This document shows, piece after piece, positions 30,678 to 37,029 of a stretch of DNA of 37,108 nucleotides. Under the pieces are notes generated by a model. It did no database searches. It saw only the letters and a program-made list of their open reading frames with translations, and was not told the origin of the DNA. Every line of letters starts with the position of its first letter. Position 1 is the stretch's first letter. Origin of the DNA: a virus. Its lineage: Duplodnaviria; Caudoviricetes. The DNA lies in the IMG/VR virus record IMGVR_UViG_3300027732_000061, positions 1 to 37,108 of that record; one strand, given 5' to 3'. A program made the position numbers and the translations under genes.

Positions 30678-32546
30678 TTATCTTGTATAGTATCCGTTTA
30701 AATAACTCGATGTTGATGCATATTCAGTAGCAGAAGTATTTTCTCCTGAACTGATTACATCTTGTATAGTATTTACCACAGTATTAAACATATCTATTTT
30801 TAAATAAATATCCTTTAACGCAAGTATATCATTTGATTCTGGCATTGCTTGTATTTCTATTGTATTATTTGGCAATGATGTTGATGAAATATTTACTATA
30901 TTTAATTTGATTTCTCCATTTAAATAATCAACTGTTCCTGCATTCGAAGATACAATTGTTGGAATATTATTTACAAGTTTAAAAAATATTATATTTCCAG
31001 TTAAAGAATCATTTGGAGAATCAGTCAAGTATAAGGTGTCTGCAACATCTTTAATATTAAATCCTGAAGATTTGATATTATATTTTTCTGTTTTTTGGTG
31101 AAATTTATTTCCAAAACATATTTCATATGTAGCAAACTTATTCAGTTCTGCCGAAAGATCTCTTCTCATTCTAACTTTAGTGATATTTGAAGTAATTGCT
31201 CGATTAGTATTATCAATTATTGTATTTAATTTACTGTATTTAAATCTTCCTCCAAAATTATTTACATCAGAAGAATTTGAATAAAAACTTAAACTATTTA
31301 AAACTTGATTTTTGAGCAAAACAGGATCAGAAGTAAATGATGTGTCATAATAAATTGTAGAATCAATTTCGACATATAAGTATTTCAAATCGATAATTTC
31401 CGGTTTAATCCCAGCAATTGAATATTGTTTTAGTTTTTTCTTAATTTCATTTTTTGTAATTTCTGATAGAAAATTTCCATTTCTTGGTTTGATTGAAATA
31501 AAAACTTTTCCATATTGTGGTGGTGTCAGTTCATCACCACCATATGCAGTCACCGAATCTACATTCGAATAAAGAAAAGGAATTAAACCTTTATAATCAT
31601 TTGCAGTTACAGCTCTATATTGAGAAGCATATACTCTTGGTGCAAGATATTTGATTGAGTCTATCGTTTCAATATCATCTCCATTTTCTGATGATACTAG
31701 TGTAGTAACTAAAGAAATGCCACTTGTAATATTGTTTCCGTTATTATCTTTAATATTTCCAGAAAAAGTAAAGTTTGCAGATCCATTTGCGGATTTTCCA
31801 TTAGTTACAATATAAGAAATATTAATTACACTGCCGTTTTTTGGTTTTTTTCCTATAAGATCATCACCAAATAAAATTTGATATTTCTCATCATCAATTT
31901 CTTGAATTAAAAATAATTTAGATGTTTTATCTACATTTATAAAATTTTCATATAATGAATATACTTCAGTTGTAGTACCAGTTGTAGTCACACGAATTGT
32001 TGATGTATCTACATTTGAATTTGGTATTATAAATTTTTGATTTGATTGACTATAATCAATTGTATATTGTTTTGTTAAATAAGATCCTTCGTAAATATCT
32101 AAATTATTAAAAATTGCTTCATTTAAATTATTTACGGAGACTGTTACCTCAGATGGTATTGAGAATATATAATTACCATCTTGAACTGCTCCTAATGCAA
32201 CTGGACCTGCCTTTAATGTTACTGTTTTAGATTGATATGATTGCGTATTTACTGAAAAATTTATTTTTGCTTTGGAAGCTCTTTTTGAACGAGGCACATA
32301 ACCAATATTACGAGCATGAGAAACTACATTTTCTCTTAATGTTGCACTATCTAAAAATGCTTCATTTGCTTGCATATTAGTATTATATGCAGTAATATAT
32401 GAATTGTATGCAAGAGTATCAATCAGGACGGAAAAATTTGATCCTTCAAAATCGAAGTCAGTAAAATTAGAATTTGATCTCAGATAGTCTTTAATCTGAG
32501 CACGTAAATCATTAAAATCTAAATTAGTAAACTGATTAAATGCCAT
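30678..32546 (-). CDS. gp6: Baseplate wedge subunit (T4 gp6-like)
   Basis: LDFNDLRAQIKDYL, FTDFDFEGSNFSVLIDTLAYNSY, EAFLDSATLRENVVSHARNIGYVPRS, RAVTANDY, PPQYGKVFISIKP. Confidence 0.96.
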   Translation of the reverse strand: MAFNQFTNLDFNDLRAQIKDYLRSNSNFTDFDFEGSNFSVLIDTLAYNSYITAYNTNMQANEAFLDSATLRENVVSHARNIGYVPRSKRASKAKINFSVNTQSYQSKTVTLKAGPVALGAVQDGNYIFSIPSEVTVSVNNLNEAIFNNLDIYEGSYLTKQYTIDYSQSNQKFIIPNSNVDTSTIRVTTTGTTTEVYSLYENFINVDKTSKLFLIQEIDDEKYQILFGDDLIGKKPKNGSVINISYIVTNGKSANGSANFTFSGNIKDNNGNNITSGISLVTTLVSSENGDDIETIDSIKYLAPRVYASQYRAVTANDYKGLIPFLYSNVDSVTAYGGDELTPPQYGKVFISIKPRNGNFLSEITKNEIKKKLKQYSIAGIKPEIIDLKYLYVEIDSTIYYDTSFTSDPVLLKNQVLNSLSFYSNSSDVNNFGGRFKYSKLNTIIDNTNRAITSNITKVRMRRDLSAELNKFATYEICFGNKFHQKTEKYNIKSSGFNIKDVADTLYLTDSPNDSLTGNIIFFKLVNNIPTIVSSNAGTVDYLNGEIKLNIVNISSTSLPNNTIEIQAMPESNDILALKDIYLKIDMFNTVVNTIQDVISSGENTSATEYASTSSYLNGYYTR

Positions 32547-32947
32547 TATACTCTAGTTGGTTGTAAAATAAATTCTATATTTTGAATAGGAAAAGGCAAT
32601 CCAACAATATCATATGAAATTTTTATATTTAAATTATTTAAATCTTCTATAAATTCAAGTAAAACACTTTTTAGATTAATTCTTGGTTCAAAGTTATTCA
32701 ATAAAGTTGTAATTTCTTCTTCCAAAAAGGAGAATGTGTCAGAATCTCCTACTTCAAATAATGTATTATCAACTGATGTTCCTAATAAATCATTAAAAAA
32801 TCTTTCATTTAAACGAGTCCTAACAAGATTTATAACAGATTTTTTAATAGCATCTTCATTTTTTAAAATAACCAAATCATTAGTAACTGGATGTTTCGCA
32901 AAAGATAAACTGATATCTTTAAAACTACGAGAAATTGTTACTGCCAT
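32546..32947 (-). CDS. gp25: Baseplate wedge subunit (T4 gp25-like)
   Basis: FKDISLSFAKHPVTND, NEDAIKKSVINLV.T..NERFF, LLNNFEPRI; directly upstream of gp6. Confidence 0.95.
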   Translation of the reverse strand: MAVTISRSFKDISLSFAKHPVTNDLVILKNEDAIKKSVINLVRTRLNERFFNDLLGTSVDNTLFEVGDSDTFSFLEEEITTLLNNFEPRINLKSVLLEFIEDLNNLNIKISYDIVGLPFPIQNIEFILQPTRV

Positions 32948-32984
32948 TCATTTGTTTTTCGCCTTTATATATCTATAATACTTT

Positions 32985-33224
32985 TTACCAAGTTTTTCCA
33001 TAATTTGGTTCCGTTCCATATTCCCAATCATCATAATCCTCATCATTACGAATTTTTTCATGAAGATCAGTTTGTTTTTTTAAATCATGATTGGGTGCCA
33101 AATCATGCATAATTTCTTGAATGATTCTTTTTGGCGGTTCTGTTTTATAATCCGTAATCAAATGTGTAGTTCCCCACATTTGACGCATATATTCTTTGTC
33201 TCTATCGACTGGTAAATTAGACAT
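32985..33224 (-). CDS. Conserved hypothetical protein (79 aa)
   Basis: ATG preceded by AGGAG; YMRQMWGTTHLITDY and acidic DEDYDDWEYGTEP tail; upstream of gp25. Confidence 0.75.
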   Translation of the reverse strand: MSNLPVDRDKEYMRQMWGTTHLITDYKTEPPKRIIQEIMHDLAPNHDLKKQTDLHEKIRNDEDYDDWEYGTEPNYGKTW

Positions 33225-33231
33225 TTTTCTC

Positions 33232-33290
33232 CTGTTTTAAAAATAAAACAGAACTTTTATGATGGAGGTTTCTATCTCCAAATATATTTA
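33232..33290 (-). promoter_or_regulatory. Late-promoter-like TAAATA followed by a structured 5' leader overlapping the RBS
   Basis: TAAATA at 33290-33285; minus-strand GGAG-N8-CTCC weak stem; perfect 8-bp stem CTGTTTTA-N4-TAAAACAG (33232-33251) whose 3' arm runs into AGGAG. Confidence 0.45.
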
Positions 33291-33629
33291 ACGATTTATA
33301 TTTCTTATGTTATAATTGCAAGAATTAAAATATTTTAAAAGTTCAATTGCAATAATTTTTGGATTTCCTTCACCGCAAGTGTAAATGTCTACTGTTAGGC
33401 ATCCATTTTCTGGCCAAGTATGACAAGAGACATGACTTTCTGCAAGTGCAATTACGATAGTGCAACCTTGAGGAATAAAACGATGAGAAAAAATATTTAG
33501 TATTGTCATTTTAGCACGTTCGATTCCACGTACCATAATCTCCCGAATAATATCACTATCATTCAGGAGATTAAAATCTATATCGTATACCTCCAAAAGG
33601 AGGTGAGTACCCATTGAAAATTTTTTCAA
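33288..33629 (-). CDS. speD: S-adenosylmethionine decarboxylase proenzyme-like (class 1B, pyruvoyl)
   Basis: GTHLLLE, F.PQG.T...LAESHVSCHTWPE.G...VDIYTCG with the E-S-H autocleavage site; start is TTG 33629 or ATG 33614. Confidence 0.92.
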   Translation of the reverse strand: MKKFSMGTHLLLEVYDIDFNLLNDSDIIREIMVRGIERAKMTILNIFSHRFIPQGCTIVIALAESHVSCHTWPENGCLTVDIYTCGEGNPKIIAIELLKYFNSCNYNIRNINR

Positions 33630-33650
33630 TTTTCGGTCTAGTGAAAAAAT

Positions 33651-34307
33651 CTATTTATTATGTTTTTCTTCTATAGTTTGGTAAAAATATTCATCAGTGT
33701 CTCCAAGTCTACCCCAACTTATATCATTTTCAACTTCAAAATATTGAGTTGACACTTTAAAATCTGGAGTTTTTGCATTTGTTGGAGTTAATGATACATC
33801 GTAAATACGACAACGATTATTTGGATATAATGCATACTGTCCATTTTGAAGTTCAATTAAATTGAATGATTTGTGTTCTTGTGGTATTTCGCTTACACTA
33901 TAATCGATTTGATCTGCTCCTTCGTGATAATTATCTAATGTTGAAATATATGATCCGCTAATTTCTCCAAAATTACGAGTATAAATTTTCCAATGCATCG
34001 ATCCAATAAATTGTTTATGTATATTTGTTACCCCATAATCCATACAATTCCAAAATTGTAAATTTTGCAAATCTAAGTCTGGATCTGGTAATTGTGGACG
34101 AGACAAAAAAGCAGAAATTGGTAATTTATCGAACATTGCCGCATATTCTGGTAAATATGTTTCAAAATAAAAAGCACGTCCAGGTATAGATTTTGCCGAT
34201 ATCCAAACACCTTCTACGAATTCTCCATGTCCATCTTTTAGGTCTAAAAGATATTCTTTACGTACCCATACTTTTTGGGCTGGTAAATTAGTAATTAAGC
34301 AACTCAT
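33651..34307 (-). CDS. Conserved aquatic-phage hypothetical protein (218 aa)
   Basis: NLPAQKVWVRKEYLLDLKDGHGEFVEG, SIPGRA, FDKLPISAF, LQFWNC, EHKS, NGQYALYPNNR motifs recalled from aquatic myoviruses; function unknown. Confidence 0.8.
   Translation of the reverse strand: MSCLITNLPAQKVWVRKEYLLDLKDGHGEFVEGVWISAKSIPGRAFYFETYLPEYAAMFDKLPISAFLSRPQLPDPDLDLQNLQFWNCMDYGVTNIHKQFIGSMHWKIYTRNFGEISGSYISTLDNYHEGADQIDYSVSEIPQEHKSFNLIELQNGQYALYPNNRCRIYDVSLTPTNAKTPDFKVSTQYFEVENDISWGRLGDTDEYFYQTIEEKHNK
33652..33658 (-). promoter_or_regulatory. T4-like late promoter ATAAATA upstream of speD
   Basis: Plus-strand TATTTAT overlapping the upstream stop codon, 22 nt before the TTG start. Confidence 0.55.
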
Positions 34308-34441
34308 CCTTTACCTTGACCTCTATATTTTTTTCTAGAATCATTACGGCTTGTTTTTGAATATCTAGTATTTTTTCCTTGCCCCTGACTAGTGTTTTTT
34401 GGAGTGCTTTCGATTTTTGCTTCTTTTTTATTTAAAGCCAT
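34304..34441 (-). CDS. Small basic protein (45 aa), missed by the ORF track
   Basis: MALNKKEAKIESTPKNTSQGQGKNTRYSKTSRNDSRKKYRGQGKG; GAGG RBS upstream; its TGA overlaps the next ATG (ATGA). Confidence 0.8.
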   Translation of the reverse strand: MALNKKEAKIESTPKNTSQGQGKNTRYSKTSRNDSRKKYRGQGKG

Positions 34442-34489
34442 TTTTTTATTTTCCTCTTATGTTTAAGAAACGGTTTTTGACGAATTTTT

Positions 34490-34541
34490 TATAAGAACTA
34501 TAAGAACTATAAGAACTTACAAAATAAGTAAGTTCTTATAG
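34490..34541. repeat. 3x TATAAGAAC tandem repeat running into a perfect 14-bp inverted repeat
   Basis: TATAAGAAC at 34490, 34499 and 34508; CTATAAGAACTTAC (34507-34520) + 7-nt loop + GTAAGTTCTTATAG (34528-34541). Confidence 0.9.
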
Positions 34542-34604
34542 TTTAATCCTATGAAAGAAGATGAGAAAGTTCTGAGAGAAGTTTATGCATATGCATTTAT
34601 ATTC

Positions 34605-35357
34605 TCAAATCACTCTCATCTTTTCATGACCTACACGAATCTGTGGATCACACCAGATTTCAAATCCTGCTTCTTTTGCATCTAAACAGAAAGAAACATC
34701 TTCTCCACACATATCTTGAACTTCTCCAGATTCAAATACTTGCATCTTAGGAGCAAACCAAGGGTATTCGAGATTTTCAAATACTCCTTTTTTAATCAGT
34801 ACCCATCCAAATCCCGTATAATCAACTGTAAATGATTTGCGCCTCTTGCTCATTGTATCTCCAGTTTCATGATTCATGACTCCTCCATTGCCCCTAAAAT
34901 CGTCCTCCTCTAACCAATGAGCAACTGAGGTAGTATGACCATCTTCAGTCATATACCAACCTGCTGCGATGTCTTTATCCATTGCTACAAGACGATAAAA
35001 CTTTTCAGTATCAAATACAATATCACTATCAATCCATAATTGATAATCATAATTCAATTTTCCATCCCATGGAACTTGCTTTGGTCCTCGTAGTACATTT
35101 GCACCAAGGCATTTGCAACGTGCAAAGTTTACCATGGAAGAATAATCCTGTGATATTTGAATGCTTGCACCATTCTGCACAAGATCAAAACATAACTGAA
35201 CAAAATTTTTCAAATATGTATATGATACTCCACGACCTGGAAGACAAAATACAATAGACTTTCCTTTAATTGATTCTTTAGCTGCCTGTAAATTAAATTC
35301 ACCATCTGATGATGTACTTAATGGTGCCTTTGCTTTAACTGTAAATCCTTTTGCCAT
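34605..35357 (-). CDS. GT-A fold glycosyltransferase-like protein (250 aa)
   Basis: DxD motif in YDYQLWIDSDIVF, VNFARC, VDYTGFGWVLIKKGVFE, MCGEDVSFC, IWCDP...VGHEK are GT2-like; ATG 35357 preferred to the track's TTG 35375. Confidence 0.7.
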   Translation of the reverse strand: MAKGFTVKAKAPLSTSSDGEFNLQAAKESIKGKSIVFCLPGRGVSYTYLKNFVQLCFDLVQNGASIQISQDYSSMVNFARCKCLGANVLRGPKQVPWDGKLNYDYQLWIDSDIVFDTEKFYRLVAMDKDIAAGWYMTEDGHTTSVAHWLEEDDFRGNGGVMNHETGDTMSKRRKSFTVDYTGFGWVLIKKGVFENLEYPWFAPKMQVFESGEVQDMCGEDVSFCLDAKEAGFEIWCDPQIRVGHEKMRVI

Positions 35358-35382
35358 AAAAATTAAAATCCCCAACGTTTAT

Positions 35383-35411
35383 ATTATATCACCACAATTC
35401 AATTATTGCAA
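35383..35411 (-). promoter_or_regulatory. Sigma70-type (early) promoter TTGCAA-N17-TATAAT with extended -10
   Basis: -35 at 35411-35406, -10 at 35388-35383, TGn extension; 25 nt upstream of ATG 35357. A late-type CTAAATA lies at 35431-35425. Confidence 0.7.
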
Positions 35412-35569
35412 GGTGATTTCGATTTATTTAGAATAACTTCAATATCTTTATCATTTCCCCCAGAAGTCCATACAAGTCCTCTGATAAGTTTCAGATTCTC
35501 TTGTAAATCATTCTGAGGGATTTGATCTAATATACTTACACCCTTTACCTCAATATTATAAGTATTCAT
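35399..35569 (-). CDS. Hypothetical protein (56 aa)
   Basis: MNTYNIEVKGVSILDQIPQNDLQENLKLIRGLVWTSGGNDKDIEVILNKSKSPCNN; overlaps the upstream ORF by 14 nt; below the track cutoff. Confidence 0.65.
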   Translation of the reverse strand: MNTYNIEVKGVSILDQIPQNDLQENLKLIRGLVWTSGGNDKDIEVILNKSKSPCNN

Positions 35570-35708
35570 CTTCTTCTATCTTTCGGAGTAACTCTGTGAG
35601 TTCTCCTTTTAGTGAATTGTTAATTATTAATACCTTATCTGTGTCCAACCTATGATGAACTGTTTCAATTAGTAGATCTTTTTCAAATTCGTCAAATTCT
35701 AATTTCAT
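35556..35708 (-). CDS. Hypothetical protein (50 aa)
   Basis: MKLEFDEFEKDLLIETVHHRLDTDKVLIINNSLKGELTELLRKIEEDEYL; amphipathic pattern, same strand as neighbours. Confidence 0.65.
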   Translation of the reverse strand: MKLEFDEFEKDLLIETVHHRLDTDKVLIINNSLKGELTELLRKIEEDEYL

Positions 35709-36080
35709 CTTTTTATCTTGATACTTAAAAAATATATATACACAAATATTTTTATGGTGCCTTCTTTTTTTGTATATTTTTTTCCTCGGAATTTTTTTTT
35801 ATAAGATGGTAAGTATCTTTGAAATCTAAAATGGACTCTTATATACTCTCTCGGTTTGGAACCTTTGTAGGTTAGGGTAGTTTGCGGTTTTCACTTTAGG
35901 CATCGGTTTATAATAACAAACAAACAACGTTGAATATAACTGTCAAAACAGTGCTGTATAATACTTTACACGAACTACAAAATGTTGATTATTATTTTAA
36001 ATTGATTGATTTTAATATAAACTATACCCGGGGTATGTGAAATAACTGTACCGGGGGTACTAGAATTATGAGAACTGAGA

Positions 36081-36396
36081 GTTTTCCACAGGACGATAGA
36101 AGTTTTCCACAGGTAAACGAAGAGTTTTCCACAGGTATTCCACAATCTTATGAGGTTTTCCACAGGTTTGTGTAGTTTTCCACAGGTAAACAAAGAGTTT
36201 TCCACAGGTAAACAAAGAGTTTTCCACAGGATGATAGAAGTTTTCCACAGGTTTATGAGAGTTTTCCACAGGGTAAATCTTATAAACCCTTGCAAATACT
36301 ACAACTACTTCTAAACCTGTGGAAAACTATTACAACGAACAGTTCTTATACTCTATACTACCACGAACAACCTGTGGAAAACTACTTTTCCACAGG
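36081..36396. repeat. Array of cyanobacterial-type DnaA boxes (TTTTCCACA; extended GTTTTCCACAGG)
   Basis: Forward copies at 36082, 36103, 36125, 36156, 36176, 36198, 36220, 36241, 36262 and 36386; reverse copies at 36318 and 36373; variant TATTCCACA at 36136. The repeat is certain; DnaA binding is inferred from the consensus. Confidence 0.85.
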
Positions 36397-36526
36397 ACGA
36401 AGTAGTATCATACTCACAGATGCACGAAGTTATTATCTCAGTCCACGAAGTCATTATAACACACGAAGTCGGGGGTCGTCAAGTGTCTCAGAATGTGTCG
36501 GAAATCTTATAATCCCTTGGAAACAC

Positions 36527-36555
36527 TTGACAAATAAACTGTGCTGTGTTATAAT
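36527..36555 (+). promoter_or_regulatory. Perfect sigma70 promoter TTGACA-N17-TATAAT with extended -10, antisense to all genes
   Basis: TTGACA 36527-36532, TG 36547-36548, TATAAT 36550-36555. Confidence 0.8.
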
Positions 36556-36692
36556 TAACAGGCTTAGAAGACAATAAGAACTTATAATACTCTATAATAA
36601 CAGTCATTATACTATAATAACACAATATAACACATATGTTTTAATTAACATTAATTAATGATTTCTAATTACATCAATAGCAGACACACATA

Positions 36693-36821
36693 TTACATTT
36701 CTTGTACTTTAGCAATCGCATCACAGATAAATGTAGTCAGTAATATACACTGACCAGAGAGATCACATACTACATAAACAGTTTGCTTTGTGTGAATGTC
36801 TTGAGTGAAACGGATAGTCAT
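36693..36821 (-). CDS. Hypothetical protein (42 aa)
   Basis: MTIRFTQDIHTKQTVYVVCDLSGQCILLTTFICDAIAKVQEM; short, no obvious RBS. Confidence 0.5.
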   Translation of the reverse strand: MTIRFTQDIHTKQTVYVVCDLSGQCILLTTFICDAIAKVQEM

Positions 36822-36864
36822 TTGAGTAATGAATGAAGTGAGTTAATAATAAGAATTAAGTATT

Positions 36865-37029
36865 CTAAATCATCTTTGCGGGAGACCCACATGATTGATA
36901 GAACCTTATCATTGACAGTGCTTCTTTCATACTACTAAACGATTGAGTTCTCCACTCTTCTAGCAATCCCTCTGATGGATAAGGAACTTGGTATTGTATC
37001 ATAAACACTGTTGCTGTTGAAGAGATCAT
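36865..37029 (-). CDS. Small hypothetical protein (54 aa)
   Basis: MISSTATVFMIQYQVPYPSEGLLEEWRTQSFSSMKEALSMIRFYQSCGSPAKMI; YQVPY...EWRTQSF...FY.SCGSPA resembles small cyanomyophage ORFs (from recall). Confidence 0.65.
   Translation of the reverse strand: MISSTATVFMIQYQVPYPSEGLLEEWRTQSFSSMKEALSMIRFYQSCGSPAKMI

Larger units (their letters stand above)
35981..36670. other. Candidate oriC-like element (replication origin or DnaA-binding decoy)
   Basis: Non-coding region with the DnaA-box array, trio-like CTA triplets (36296-36313), AT-rich flanks (35981-36021, 36575-36670) and a consensus promoter. Confidence 0.6.

Noticed and set aside
1-32947. Introns, inteins, homing endonucleases, frameshifts or stop-codon recoding in structural genes
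   Set aside because: Frames are continuous under the standard code with tight gene packing; no intein, HNH or GIY-YIG motifs were seen.
2004-35257. All plus-strand track ORFs (e.g. 2004-2396, 4711-4980, 11576-11854, 23130-23480, 34982-35257)
   Set aside because: Antisense shadows of well-supported minus-strand genes with no recognisable motifs.
35929-35962. Second plus-strand TATAAT (35957-35962) preceded by GTGCTG, as in the 36527 promoter
   Set aside because: No -35 at 16-18 bp and the TG is not in the extended -10 position; too weak to call.
36081-36272. Mini-CRISPR array interpretation of the repeat-spacer pattern
   Set aside because: Repeats (~12 bp) and spacers (8-10 bp) are far too short, spacers duplicate each other, inverted copies occur, and no cas gene is in the window.
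35975-36577. Track ORFs 35975-36295, 36066-36269 and 36290-36577
   Set aside because: Translations of the repeat (LWKT/PVEN/CGK in all frames) with non-ATG starts; 20-22-bp units shift frame, which argues against coding.
35981-36670. Host chromosome/prophage junction as the explanation for the DnaA boxes
   Set aside because: Both flanks carry phage-like minus-strand small ORFs, with no dnaA, dnaN, integrase or att site visible; a chimeric assembly cannot be fully excluded without reads.
34442-36690. tRNA or known structured ncRNA in the intergenic stretches
   Set aside because: No cloverleaf or T-loop pattern recognised by eye; tRNAscan-SE and Infernal would be needed to exclude fully.
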